64,000 nucleotides of DNA, taken from assembly GCF_963921235.1 (NCBI RefSeq), contig NC_086108.1, positions 71,550,001 to 71,614,000 on the forward strand, in the 5' to 3' direction. Below are positions 11,516 through 24,848 of the stretch, piece by piece. Each line of letters opens with the position of its first letter. The first letter of the stretch is position 1. The translations under genes and the position numbers were made by a program. The notes beneath the pieces are model-generated. The model saw only the letters and a list, made by a program, of their open reading frames with translations. It was not told the DNA's origin and did not search any database. Source of the DNA: Mobula hypostoma (lineage: Eukaryota).

Positions 11516-13062
11516 CAATCTTCCCCCTAGTTTGTAAAGCCCAGTGTGTGCAAAAATCTTAAGCTGTGCATTTTTTTTTTGCCCAGTGACAGGAACATAT
11601 GCACATTGAATTCTTAAGTGGAAGTAAGCCTGAAGCTATTCTACAGGTAATAAAATATCATCCAGTTTATTGTTCATTGTTCAAAAGGAATAAAATAGCT
11701 GTCAATAAAAACTGTGATCTCCTCTGGGTTTGATTGTTTTTGCTCTCATTCACTTGCATTTTCACAAACATATGTAGCAGGCCTGTAGTGAGCAATGAAG
11801 GATTTTCTTGGCAGAGCTTTTGCACACTGTCTATATGTGATTTACTTGCTAAATGATGCTTTAAAAAGTCAAGTTTTCAAATATCACCACTTCTTCCCAC
11901 TTGCAAATTTTCCAGCAACTTTTGCATCACGACAATACACGTAGATAACAGTAGTTTCCGTACTGTACATAAATATTTCTTGTGGCTGCATATTCCTGAC
12001 CTCATGGGCTTTCAGTGGAGCGGTTTCCACGGTTTCATTCAGCCATTCTGCTTTAAGTGAACTAACAGTTGTTTTGTGCTTCACTCCCTTTGCTTCTTTG
12101 GAATTTGACATAGTGAATCAAAAAATTCTTCAATAAAAACAGTATAAGTAAGCCAGTTCTAAGACCTGCAGACTAATCATCACAAAGTGCATGTTGTCAA
12201 CATCGTCTGCATCAGAAACCAGAAAAGGAAATGTGACTGTGTACAATTCTGAAGAGCCAATGAGGGTGACAACACACATCAAAGTTGCTGGTGAACGTAG
12301 CAGGCCAGGCAGCATCTCTAGGAAGAGGTACAGTTGATGTTTCGGGCCAAGCCCCTTCGTCGGGACTAACTGAAAGAAGAGCTAGTAAGAGATTTGAAAG
12401 TGGGAGGGGGAGGGGGAGATCCAAAATGATAGGAGAAGACAGGAGGGGGAGGGATGGAGCCAAGAGCTGGGAAGTTGATTGGCAAAAGGAATATGAGAGG
12501 ATCATGGGACAGGAAGCCTAGGGAGAAAGAAAAGGGGGGGGGGAACCCAGAGGATGGGCAAGGGGTATAGTGAGAGGGACAGAGGGAGAAAAAGGAGAGA
12601 AAGAAAAAGAATGTGTGTATATAAATAAATAACGGATGGGGTACAAGGAGGAGGTGGGGCATTAGCGGAAGTTTGAGAAGTCAATGTTTGTGCCATCAAG
12701 TTGGAGGCTACCCAGACGGAATATAAGGTGTTGTTCCTCCAACCTGAGTGTGGCTTCATCTTTACAGCAGAGGAGGCCGTGGATAGACATATCAGAATGG
12801 GAATGGGACGTGGAATTAAAATGTGTGGCCACTGGGAGATCCTGCCTTCTCTGGCGGACAGAGCGTAGGTGTTCAGCGAAACGGTCTCCCAGTCTGCGTC
12901 GGGTCTCGCCAATATATAGAAGGCCACATCGGAAGCACCGGACGCAGTATATCACCCCAGCCGACTCACAGTTGACAACATTTGTGCGGAGTTTATATTC
13001 CTTTGTGCTCTAGTAGCAAAGGATATGTGCACACACATGCACAGTCCTTGGAGGGAACAGTG
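11516..13062 (-). mobile_element. Internally deleted hAT (Tip100/Zaphod-like) DNA transposon
   Basis: TIR-like ends CAATCTTCCCCCTAG and GGAGGGAACAGTG (CAGTGTTCCCTCTAA type); 8-bp TSD GTAAGGAC/GCGAGGAC. ORF 11884-12111 and the following sequence (YVYC..GKKW..KLDFLKHHLASKSH) resemble a ZNF862-like transposase N-terminal zinc finger. Confidence 0.75.
12275..12970 (-). mobile_element. Young 5'-truncated Penelope-like element: GIY-YIG endonuclease plus pLTR
   Basis: ORF 12662-12955 IYCVRCFRCGLLYIGETRRRLGDRFAEH...LEEQHLIFRLGSL is an uninterrupted GIY-YIG domain. TSD TGACAACA at 12267-12274 and 12973-12980. Hammerhead-like motif at 12331-12367. Confidence 0.92.
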
Positions 13063-13909
13063 GCGAGGACCAGGGATTCTCTATCCTTGTTCTGTCCCAG
13101 AGGAGAGGGAATAAGAGCAGAGGAGTGGAATGGATGAGATCTGGCCAAGTGCTTTACTAATAATGGTAAAGTTCAGAAAGGATGGGGTCCTTGACCTGAA
13201 CCGTTCCTGTTTCTCCTCCTAAAGATGTTCTGTGACCTGCTGAATATTTCCAGCATTTTTGTTTTGCTTTACATTTCTAACATCTGCAGTTTTAAAAATT
13301 TTCATCATCTGCTTTTATTGGACAACCTTAAAAATAAAAAAAGGCTTAGTCTGCAGGCAAAATTGCTGCAGAGGATATCAGGTTAGAGAAAAGAACTTGG
13401 ACTTGTCTTCAAGCTGTTTGCTGCTTGACTTGGAGCCTCATCCTGGCATGAAACCAACGGGAGATAGTGGAAGTTAATGAGATCTGAGTGCACATTTCAC
13501 CAGGGCATATACCACTGAGTCATTGCTGCAGCACAAACCTGGCAGTGACATACAGAATAAAGCTCACTTGGGTTTACTCCAGCTGAAAACTTCATGTTAA
13601 ATAAATAAGTACATCTGCTTTAGTTAATGAATTATCTTTGTTGCATTGATACCAAATAGAAACGTTTCAAATGCTGCTTCTTAGCAATGTCTAATTTATT
13701 AAGTAAAAGAAAATTCTGGAAACATTCAGCGAGTCTGGAAGCATCACTGCAGAGGAAAGGGTAACATTTCAAGTCAGGGGTGGACAGGTAGTTGTGCTGG
13801 AGAGGCTGCAGAGTGTATTCACCCGGATCTCAACTGTAATGGAGCATTTCAATAAGGAGAGATTGGATAGCCTGGGAACAGATGGAGCTGACGGGTGACC
13901 TGACAGATA

Positions 13910-14386
13910 TCAGAATCAGGCTTATTATAACTGACATACAGTATGTCATGAAATTTGTTTATTAGCAGCAACAGTACAGTGCAATATATAAAATTTACAA
14001 CAATATAATATATATACAAAATAAATAATTAGTGCAAGAAGAAAGCAAAATAGAGAGAGGCTGTTCGTGGGTTCACTGACCATTCAGAAATCTGATGGCC
14101 GAGGGAAAGAATCTGATCCTAAAATATTGATTCTGGGTCTTCAGGCTCCTGTGCCTCCTCATTGGTGGCAGTAATGAGAAGAGGGCATGTGGTGGTTGGT
14201 GAGGCTCCTTCATGATGGACGCTGCCTTCCTGAGGTCGTCTTCAGTATTTGTCCGTGACTGTGGGGAGCCTCATGGCTGTGATGGAGCTGCCTGAGTTTA
14301 CATTCTGTGGATAGGAATTTTCATATCAGACGGTGATGCAACCAAGTCGGAATGCTCTCCATAGTCCAGTAGTAGAAATTTGCTAG
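13910..14386 (-). mobile_element. Rex1/Babar 3' fragment
   Basis: atcagaatcagg tail and decayed NFY..MESI(L)T..ITV*YEN-like C-terminal motif. Confidence 0.65.
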
Positions 14387-14921
14387 TGAAACCTTCCCCC
14401 ACCGGTTTCCTCGGCTGTGTAAGTCTCGGGAAGACACTCTCCGTTCCCACCAAACTCGTGAAACCGGGATGGCTTTCCCATCCCAAACCCTGGTGTGTGT
14501 GGATGCTGTGTAATTTGCTACCCTGTTACAAATTAATGTCACAAAATAACTGCATACGATTAAAGGAATTATATTTATGAATCTTAACTTAAGGGTTATT
14601 AAAGAATAAAAAGAAAAGGGCCCATTCTAATTAAACAGTCAAATGTGCACAAGTCGCAGCTTAACGTTTCACCATATTCACCGATCCTCAATCCAACATC
14701 GCCCCTGGCTTCACCGAGTCACGGTCCCACTCCAGGTCGAATCCTACAACCTGTTCTCTCCAGCATCTTCTCTCTTCATCTCCAGCCAAACATAAGCCCC
14801 AAGCCTAACCTCAGTGTCCCTCACCAGAGAAACCTCCCCTCAGTTCTACCTTCCTAATTGGATGGCACACAGCATAAAATACAGACAGCATAACAGTAAA
14901 AATATGAACCAGGGCCTTACT
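14387..14921 (-). mobile_element. Solo LTR, 535 bp
   Basis: Perfect 4-bp TSD CTAG (14383-14386, 14922-14925). Termini TGAAAC...CTTACT, slightly mutated from TG...CA. Interrupts a Rex1 fragment. Confidence 0.7.
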
Positions 14922-15366
14922 CTAGAGTTTAGAAAATTATTAAGGAAATAGTTAGGATAGACAATAAGAATGAACTGATGGCGAGCTCAGTGGGTTAGGT
15001 AGCAGTTCAGTTGAAGAAGCTTCGGCCATCCATGGTCCTGCACAGACCATCTGTCTGACCCTTTGAGTTCTTCCAGCTGCTCATTTTTTCCTGCATATTT
15101 CATCATCTGCAACCTCTTGTGTTTCAAGAAAATAAGAATCTTTTATTCCATAGTAAGAATCTCTAAAGGAGAGGGCATATATATAAGGTGAAGGGTGGGA
15201 GATTTAGAGGGGATCTCTGGGGATTTTTTTCCAAGAGGTTGGAGATGGTAGAGGCTGATACTGTCACAACATTCCAAAGGAATCCAGACAAGTTCTTTAA
15301 TCAGTAGCCCACAGAAGGCTATGAACCAAATGAGCATTAATGGGTTGGGTATAGTATAAGTAGACA

Positions 15367-15880
15367 ATGACTGCACTATCCAAACTCAAGTCAATATGGA
15401 GGAACAGCAGCATCATCATGAAGTACAAGATCAGACTCCTGCGTGCGTTGGTATTCTCCACTTTCCTGTACGCATGTGAGACATGGACCCTCACAGCAGA
15501 GCTACAGAGGAAGATACAGGCATTGGAAATGACATGCTATCACAACATCTTGGGCATCTCATACTTGGACCACATCACAAACCAGCAGGTCCACAAGACC
15601 ATCCAGCACCACATTGGCCACCATGAAGACCTTCTCACAACGGTGAAGCTGAGATGGTACGGCCACATAAGAAGATCCAGTGGTCTTGCAAAGACTGTTC
15701 TACAAGGAACTGTGGAGGGGGAAAGAAGAGGTAGACAGAGGAAAAGATGGATGGACAACATTAAAGAATGGACAGGGAAAACATTTGCGGTGACTCAGGC
15801 TCTGGGACACAACCGCGACAGATGGAACAGACTGGTGCAAAGCTTGTCATGATGGTGCCCTGACGACTCCAGCAGGAGTT
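15367..15880 (+). mobile_element. RTE-clade LINE 3' end
   Basis: ORF 15367-15852: KIRLLRALVFSTFLYACETWTL..LRWYGHI.RSSGLAKTVLQGTVEG.RRGRQRKRWMDNIKEWTG (RTE C-terminus). Inserted into a HER1 3' fragment that begins ~15140. Confidence 0.9.
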
Positions 15881-16560
15881 AGATTAGATTATGAGGACAC
15901 GCAGTCCTCTTTTATTGTCATTTAGTAATGCATGCATTAAGAAATGATACAATGTTCCTTCAGTATGATATCACAGAAACACAAGACAAACCAAGACTAA
16001 AAAAAACTGACAAAAACCACATAATTATAACATATAGTTACAACAGTGCAAAGCAATACTGTAATTTGATAAAGAGCAGACCATGGGCACGGTAAAAAAA
16101 AAGGTCTCAAAGTCTCTCGAAAGTCCTATCATCTCACGCAGACGGTAGAAGGAAGAAAAACTCTCCCTGCCATGAACCTCCAGCGCCGCAAGCTTGCCGA
16201 TGCAGCACCCTGGAAGCACCCGACCACAGCCGACTATTGAGTCCGTCTGAAAACTTTGAGCCTCCGATCAGCCCTCCGACACCGAGTACCGAGCACCATC
16301 TCTGCCGAGCGCTTCGACCCCGACCCCGGCAACAGGCAATAGGCAAAGCCGAGGATCTGGGGCCTTCCCGTCCGGAGATTCTCGATCGCACAGTAGCAGT
16401 GGCAGCAAAGCAGGCATTTCAGAAGTTTCTCCAGATGTTCCTCCGTGCTTCTCACATCTGTCTCCATCAAATCAGGATTGTGCACGGCCCCTATTTAACA
16501 AATACAATATCATTTCGGAGCGGCCGCGCGCGCTGCATCGTGCCGCCGTCTTCTCCTCCC
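15881..16560 (-). mobile_element. ~660-bp non-autonomous retroelement, copy 2 of 4
   Basis: High similarity to 4396-5069 over the full length. Confidence 0.88.
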
Positions 16561-16569
16561 TTCACAATG

Positions 16570-16712
16570 GTCTTTAATGTTGTCAATCCATATTTTCCTC
16601 TGCCTACCTCTCCTTCTTTTCTCCTCCACAGTTCCTTGTAGAACGGCCTTTGCAAGACCACTGGATCTTGTTACGTGGCCGTACCATCTCAGCTTTCTTA
16701 TCTTCACCGTTG
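16570..16712 (-). mobile_element. RTE fragment, inverted relative to 15367-15880
   Basis: TTVKIRKLRWYGHVTRSSGLAKAVLQGTVEEKRRRGRQRKIWIDNIKD in ORF 16510-16827. Confidence 0.85.
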
Positions 16713-17075
16713 TGAGTGAAGGGTGCAAGGAAGGATAAGTAGGTATAGTGGTCAGCATGTTCATGGTGTTTCTATGCTCTATGACTCTTACATCAAAACA
16801 GAAGATGCCACACCTTACAGTAAACATGTGTAGAGACGGTGAAAAATATGATAGGGGGAGAAAAAAATCAGGAGAGAAAGTAAAAGATGGGAAAATCGAG
16901 GAGATGAATTGTTAAAAAGACAATCACTTCAGACTCAAGGGGATGATAATAGAACATAGAACAACACAACACATGAACAGGTCCTTCAACCCATTACTTC
17001 AGCATCGACCATGCACAATGGAATGTAATCCTTTACTAGCAGATGGCATCTTTTTAATCTCTATATCTAATTGCT

Positions 17076-18218
17076 TATAGTCATAGTCATACTTTATTGA
17101 TCCGGGGGGAAAATTGATTTTCGTTACAGTTGCACCATAAATAATAAGTAGTAATAGAACCATAAATAGTTAAATAGTAATATGTAAATTATTCCAGTAA
17201 ATTATGAAATAAGTCCAGGACCAGCCTATTGGCTCGGGGTGTCTGACCCCCAAAGGGAGGAGTTGTAAAGTTTGACGGCCACAGGCAGGAATGACTTCCT
17301 ATGATGCTCTGTGCTGCATCTCGGTGGAATGAGTCTCTGGTTGAATGTACTCCTGTGCCCAACCAGTACGTTATGTAGTGGATGGGAGACATTGACCAAG
17401 ATGGCATGCAACTTAGACAGCATCCTCTTTTCAGACACCACCGTGAGAGAGTCCAGTTCCATCCCCACAACATTACTGGCCTTACGAATGAGTTTGTTGA
17501 TTCTGTTGGTGTCTGCTACCCTCAGCCTGCTGCTCCAGCACACAACAGCAAACATGATAGTACTGGCCACCACAGACTCGTAGAACATCCTCAGCATCGT
17601 CCGGCAGATGTTAAAGGACCTCAGTCTCCTCAGGAAATAGAGACGGCTCTGTCCCTTCTTGTAGACAACCTCAGTGTTCTTTGACCAGTCCAGTTTCTTC
17701 TCAATTCATATCCCCAGGTATTTGTAATCATCCACCACGTCCACACTGACCCCCTGGATGGAAACAGGGGTCACCGGTACCTTAGCTCTCCTCAGGTCTA
17801 CCACCAGCTCCTTAGTCTTTTTCACATTAAGCTGCAGATAATTCTGCTCACACCATGTGACAAAGTTTCCTACCGTAGCCCTGTACTCAGCCTCACCTCC
17901 CTTGCTGATGCATCCAACTATGGCAGTCATCCGAAAACTTCTGAAGATGACAAGACTCTGTGCAGTAGTTGAAGTCCGAGGTGTAAATGGTGAAGAGAAA
18001 GGGAGACAAGACAGTCCCCTGTGGAGCCCCAGTGCTGCTGACCACTCTGTCGGACACACAGTGTTGCAAGCACACGTACTGTGGTCTGCCAGTCAGGTAA
18101 TCAAGAATCCATGATACCAGGGAAGCATCCACCTGCATCGCTGTCAGCTTCTCCCCCAGCAGAGCAGGGCAGAGCAGAGATGGTGTTGAACACACTGGAG
18201 AAGTCAAAAAACATGACC
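17076..18218 (-). mobile_element. 5'-truncated Rex1/Babar LINE (RT and C-terminus)
   Basis: WILDYLTGRPQYV..STGAPQGTVLSPFLFTIYTSD..QKFSDD; LNVKKTKELVVD; FYESVVAS..; (CATAGT)n tail. Confidence 0.92.
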
Positions 18219-21200
18219 TTCCAATGTAGGCATTGGAAAAAATGGTTTGATTTAACCTTTAATGGTCATATAGACAGTCTACATCCTTATTCTACATCCA
18301 AATTATGGTTTTTATAATAAGCCAGAAACTAATGAAAAATTAATATCACATTTATTTTAAATCTCCTTGGTTAATGTCTCAACATAGTTAAAATACATAT
18401 AGTTGTCTATTGACTAAACAGTCACATTGCCCATTTGCAGCACCTTATTTACTCAAAACAAAACATGATGACACCAGATGCTTCATTGACTAATTAGCTT
18501 AAAAATATCTTGAGAACTAAAGCAAAGCACAAAATTCTTTTCGAATGGAGCTCCATGCAATCGTATTTCTTGAGTTTCCCAAACTGAATTGGTAGGCATC
18601 CCTTCAATGTAATTCCACCAGAAACCAGAAAATCCATTTGGTAGTTCTAGTGGAGTGACAGTGGGAGACTCCTTTGAAATTTTCAACCAGAGTTTTCAAC
18701 TTTGTGCTCCTAAAGCAGCTGTATTCACATAAAAATCCTGTGATGCTGCTCCATTCCTCCAAACAAAGGAAAGATGCCTTCCGGGAACAGATGTGTTTTT
18801 AAAGCAAAATCTGTGTGCAGTCCTCAACATTTTCAGAAGATCATCAAGGCTAAAGACATGAGTCAAGAGTAATGATTACCCTATACGAAATAGTTTTATA
18901 AATGCAAGTAGATAGTAGGTGGAAGTGAACACCAGCAGGTCAGGAAGGCAAAGGCATTGGTGGGAGAAAGGTGAGGTTGATCAGGAACTGAACGAAGGAG
19001 ATGCAGTGTCTCCACATTGCAAACAAATTTGCTTTTTTTTTTACCAAAAGTGGACAAAACATGGTGTAGTCTGGAGCTCTTGAGAAACAAAACAAGAAAG
19101 TTCAGAGGATCTTTAATTTTGGTAAAATTACCTCGATAATGACCAACATTGACAAAATGATTAAAAAAATTGTAGTAAGATCATACCTTACATGCCTTCC
19201 TAATCCCACTAAGCAGCATCACTGATTCTACTTTTGGACACCACAAATATAAACATAACATTAACGACTCAGTACTCCCATTAGAAAAGAACTATGGACT
19301 GTTGTAACAATACTCTATGTATTTTTTTTTAAGGATGAGAACAAAGGGCTGGTGAATTTATACTGTAGAATGCTGTAGTATTTGATCACACAAATACTCT
19401 GCTCCCTAAATTCTTGGACATCATTCACAGAAACTAGACATGCTTTATTCATGTTCTGACTGCTGAAGAATAGGAGGCAAACAGCACTCTGAGACAAGGG
19501 CTTTTTAAAACTAGCTCCAGGTCTTTGTATAGAAATAGTGAAAGCATTATTTAACCATCCATCTCAACTACATGTATGGATTAAAAACAACGTGCTGTTG
19601 GACTACTCATCCAGCTGATGAAATTATAACATAGTGCTAATGGGATAACTCTCTTTGTTTTGAAGTTCAATACTTCACTGGCTTCCAATTGAACTATGCT
19701 GATAATAATCTGAACTGCCATCTAATTCACCCATGAGTATCATTCATAGATAGAGCATTATCGATTGTGTAGAGCTTCTGGTGCTCAGTGATAACTTCAG
19801 CTGGTCCAATGGTTTTCCATTCAATCATTTACATAGGCTCACATCAAACCAGTTCAATACAAGACCTAAGGGTTCAATTGTGCTACAATAAGAGCACAGG
19901 GAATTGAGCACAATGTAATTACACTGAAATCACTGTACAAAGACACAGGGATAGTTTGACCATAAGAGCATAACACATAGGAGCAGAATTAAGTCATTTG
20001 GCCCAATGAGTCTGCTCCGCCATTCCATCATGGCTGATTTATTATCCCTCCAATGCCATTTTCTACCTTCTCCCCATAACCTTTGATGCCCTGATTAATC
20101 AAGAAACTATCAATCTTTGCCTTAAGTATGCTCAATGAACTGGCTTGCACAGCTCTCTGTGGCAATAAATTCCACAGATTCACCACCCTCTGGTTAAAGA
20201 AAACTTCCCTTATCTCTGTTCTAAATGGATGTCTCTCTATTCTGAGAGTGTACCTTCTGGTCCTAGACTCTCCACTGTAGGAGACATCCTTTCCACATCC
20301 ACTCTATCTAGGCCTTTCAATATTCAATAGGTTTCAATGAGAACCTTCTCTTATTTTTCTAAACTCTAGAGAGTACAGACCCAGAGTCATCAAACGCTCC
20401 TCATCTGTTAGCCCCTCCATTCCTAGAATAATTTTTGTGAATCCCCTCTGAACCCTCTCCATTATCTCCACATCTTTTCTTAGATAAGGGGCCCAAGACT
20501 GCTTACAATACTCCAAGTGCAGTCAGACATTGCCTTATAAAGCCTTAGCATTACATCCCTGCTTTTATATTCTAGTCCTCTTGAAATGAACGTTAACATT
20601 ACATTTGTTTTTCTTACCACCGACTAAATCTGCAAGTTAAGTGCTAGGGAATCCTGCATGAAGACATTCAAGACCCTTTGCACCTCTGTCTTTTCAATTT
20701 TCTCCCCATTTGGAAAATAGACCATGGCTTTATTCCTTCTGCAAGGAATACATGACCATGCCCTTCCCTGCACTAAATTCCATCTGCCATCTAATTGCCC
20801 ATTCCCCCAATCTGCCTAAGACCCTGCTTCCTCAACACTACCTATCTCTTCATCTAGCTTCATAACACCCACAAACCTGGCCACAAAGCTATCAATTCCT
20901 TCATCCAAATCATTGACCTATAACGTGAAAAAAGCACTCCCAATACTGACCCCTGCAGAGCATCACTAGTCACAGGCAGCCAACCAGAAAAGGCCTCCTT
21001 TACTCCTACTCTTTGTCTCCTGCTCGTCAGCCAAACTACTATCCACGCTAGTACATTTTCTGTAATACTATGGGCTCTTATCTTGTTGAGCAGGCTCATG
21101 TATGGCACCTTGCCAAAGGCCTTCAGAAAATGCCAATAAACAATATTGGCTGACTCTCCTATGTCTATCCTGCCTGTTAATTCCTCAAAGAATTCCAACA

Positions 21201-23132
21201 GATTTGTCAAGCAAGATTTCCCCTTGAGAAAACCATGCTGACTTTGACCTATATGATCATGTGCCTCCAAGTACCCCAAAAGCTCATACTTAATAATAGA
21301 CTCTAACACCTTTCCAACCACTGAAGTCAGGCTAACTGGCCTATAATTTCTTTTCTTCTGCCTCTCTCACTTCTTAAAGAGTGGTGTGACACTTGCAATT
21401 TTCCACTTCTCTGGAACCAATCTAGAATCTAGTGATTCTTGAATGATTATCACTAAAGCCTCCATAACCTCTTTAGCTACTCCTTTCAGACCCCTGGGGT
21501 GTAGTCCATCTGGTCCAGGTGACTCATCTCCCTTCAGACTTTTCATCTTCCAAGCACTCCCGCCTTAGTAATAGCAATGACAATCACTTCTGCCCCCAGT
21601 CACTCTTGCACTTCTGGCATTCTGCTAGTGTCTTCCGTACTGAAGTCTGATGGAAAATACTTATTAAGTTATTCCTCCATTTCTTTGTCCCCATTACTAC
21701 CTCTCCAGCATTTTTTTCTAGCTGTCCAATATCCACTTTTGTTTACTTTTTATATATCCGAAAAAAACTTTCTGAATAATCTTTTATTGTATGTTATTGG
21801 ATAGCTTACCCACATATTTCATTTTTTCTCTGTGGCTTTTTTAACTGCCTTCTGTTGGCTTTTCAATGCTTCCCAGTCCTCTATCTTCCCATTAATTTTT
21901 TGCTGTATTATATGCCCTCTCTTTTGCTTTTTATGTTGTCTTTGATCGCCCTTGTCAGCCACCATTGCCTCATTCTTCCTTTAGAATACTTCTTCATCTT
22001 TGGGATGTATCTTTCCTGTGCCTTCTAAATTTCCCGCAGAAATACCAGCCGTCACTATTCTGGCATCATCCCTTCTTGTGTCCTCTTCCAATCAACTTTG
22101 GCCAGCTCCTCTCTCATGCCTCTGTAATTCTCTTTAGTCCGCTGTAATACTAAAACATCCAACTTTAGCTTCTCCTTCTCAAACTGCAGGGTGAATTCTC
22201 TCATATAGAGATCACTGTCTCCTAAGGGTTCTTTTACCTTAAGCTCACTAATCAAATCTGGTCATTACATAACACCCAGTCCAGAACTGCCATTCTCCTT
22301 GTGGAGTTAACCATAAACTGCTCCAAAAAGCCATCTCATAGGCATTCTACAAATTCCCTCCCTTGGGATCCAGCCTCAAGCCGATTTTCCCAGACTACCT
22401 ACATATTGAAATCCCTTATGATTATCGCAACTTTACCCTTTTTACATGCCTTTTTTAAAAATCTCCCATTGTAATCTATAGCCTGGCTACTATTTGGAGG
22501 CCTGTATATAACTCCCATCAGGTTCTTTTTACACTTGTAGTTTCTTAAATCTACCTATAAGGATTCTACATCATCCAATCCTATGCCATCTCCTTCTAAG
22601 GATTTGATTTCATTTTTTACTAACAGAGTCACCCTACCATCTCTGCCTACCTGCCTGTCCTTTTGATACAATGTGTAACCTTGGATCTTAAACTCCCAAC
22701 TGTGATCTTCTTTCAGCCACCACTCAGAAATGCCCATGACATCATCCATGCCAATCTCTACCTGCCCCTGTTATAATTTAACTTAGCCCACTCACTGTAA
22801 TTTTGCCCTAATATCTGCCTGTCCTTCCTCACAGTTAATCTATTTGTTTACCAACTGCCCCACGCTCAGCTCTAACACTTCAGTTCCTATCCCCTTGCCA
22901 AATAGGTTCAAGCCCTCCACTACATCTCTATCAAACCTGCCCACAAAGATATTGGTTCCCCCTCAGGTTCAGGTGTAACCTGTCCTTTTTTGTACAGGTT
23001 ACACCTTCCCCAAAAGAGATCCCAATGATCCACAAATCTGAAACCCTGCCCCTGCTCTAATTCTTCAGCTTTACATTCATCTGCCAAATCATCCTATTCT
23101 TACCCTCACTGGTGCATGGGACAGGCAAAAAT

Positions 23133-23729
23133 TAGATTAGATTCAACTCTTACTGTCATTGTGCCGAGTACAGATACAAAGCCAATGAAATGCAGTTAGC
23201 ATCTGACCAGAAATGCAAAGAATAGTGTTATTTACAAAATAACTGCAAATAAAAAGTAAGTGCTACAGCACACAAATATAAAAGTACTGAGACAGTACAA
23301 TATGGGTGTAATGCTGCTTAGCGCTGTGATGTGAGGTTCAGCAGGGTCACAGCCTCAGGGAAGAAGCTCTTCCTGAGCCTGCTGGTGTGGGAGCGGAGGC
23401 TCCTGTAGCGCCTACTGGATGGGAGGAGAGTAAAAAGTCCATGGTTAGGGTGAGATGCATCCTTGATAATGCTTTTCGCCCTGCCCAGGCAGCGTTTATG
23501 GTAGATGTTCTCAATAGTGGGCAATTGGGTGCCGATAATCCGCTGGGCAGTTTTCACCACACGCTGGAGTGCTTTGCGGTCCGATACGGGACAATTGCCA
23601 TACCACACTGAGATACAGTTGGTGAGTATGCTCTCAATGGTACAGCGGTAAAAGTCCGTCAGTATCCTGGGACAGAGCTGAGCTTTCTTGATGCTATGCA
23701 GGAAATAAAGGCACTGTTGCGCCTTTTTG
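23133..23729 (-). mobile_element. Rex1/Babar 3' fragment inserted in CR1 ORF1
   Basis: ORF 23318-23608 WYGNC..DRKALQRVVKTAQRIIG..LLPSSRRYRSL..SFFPEAV; (AATCT)n tail. Confidence 0.9.
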
Positions 23730-24582
23730 ATCCAGAGATTACTACCCTAGAGGTCCTGTTTTTCAGCTTTCGACCTGACTCGCTATATTCTCTATTCAGG
23801 ACCTTCACCCTTTTCCTACCCATGCCATTGGTACCAGTATGTACCACGACTTCTGGGTGTTCACCCTCCCACTTAAGAATGCCGTGGACCCAATCCAAGA
23901 CAGCCCTGACCCTGGCATCTGGGAGGGAACGTACCAGCAGGATGTCTCATTTACACCCACAGAATCTGCTTTCCATTCCTCTAACTATGGAAACCCCTCT
24001 CACTACTGCACTCCTCTTCTTCCTCCTTCCCTCCTGAGCCACAGGGCCAGAGACCTGATTGCTAAGGTTTCCCTCTAGTAGATCTTCACCCACAGACCAC
24101 AGGGCTGCCTATTCCCCTTCCCTTTCATGACAGTCACCCTGAAACCTGCCTTCTGCAACTTAGAGGTGACAACCTCCCTGTAGCTCTTATCTATCACCTC
24201 CACATTTTTCCTCATGAGCCGAACGTCGCCCAGCTGCAGCTCCGTTTCCTTAACACGGTCTCTAAGGAGCTGTGGCTTGGTGCACTTCACACAGATGTTA
24301 TCAGGGAGACTGGAAGCCTCCTAGAGTTCCCACATCTCACACAAAGATCATACCACTGCTTCTAAACACATTCTCAGTGCACCAGCTTGGTATTAACAAA
24401 AAAAAACTTACTAGAAACTTACTTAATATACTTACTTACTTACAACCTCCACCTGTGCTTTCTCAAACCTGTTCTTGCCTGTTGAGCCAAAGCCTGACTA
24501 CTTTAACACCGGCCCACTCTCACAATGGCCATTCCCACAATGGCCACTCCGCTTACACCTCACTTCTTTTTACTGTCTTTGT

Positions 24583-24848
24583 GCTGATTGCAGCCCGCCA
24601 AAAAGAGCCAAAACCACCGGAATTCTTTTTAGACCTCGCACTGCGTCCCAATGAATAACTCCTCGTGCCGATGGCAGCCCACTGAAAAGAGCCGGAAGCA
24701 CAGGTGTTCTTTTTAAACCTCGTGGTGCGTCACCAGCAATCGACCTCTTGCACTGATTTCAGCCCATCAAAAAGAGCCGAAAGCAATGGATCTCTTTTTA
24801 AACCTCATGATGGATCACCAACGAATGACCTTTGGCGCTGATTGTAGC
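24583..24848. repeat. Tandem array of ~85-bp units (3 plus a partial) at the CR1 5' end
   Basis: Units start at 24583, 24667, 24752 and 24837 (gctgattgcagccc..aaaagagcc..cttttaaacctc..). Confidence 0.85.

Larger units (their letters stand above)
11395..13170 (-). mobile_element. Old Penelope-like fragment (11395-11515 plus 13063-13170) split by a hAT insertion
   Basis: The two halves rejoin across the 8-bp TSD as ggggtggaaggtaaggac|cagggattctctatccttgttc. Confidence 0.5.

Noticed and set aside
13190..13790. Inverted pair of Penelope-tail-like sequences (13190-13290 and 13710-13775) as the ends of one element
   Set aside because: Both are very degenerate and no TSD is visible; two independent old fragments explain them equally well.
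18483..18686. 67-aa ORF in unique-looking sequence as a host exon
   Set aside because: No recognisable domain or neighbouring exons, and the length is within chance expectation.
24583..24848. Regularly spaced repeats as a CRISPR-like array
   Set aside because: Units are similar along their whole length with no unique spacers, the context is eukaryotic, and no cas genes are present.
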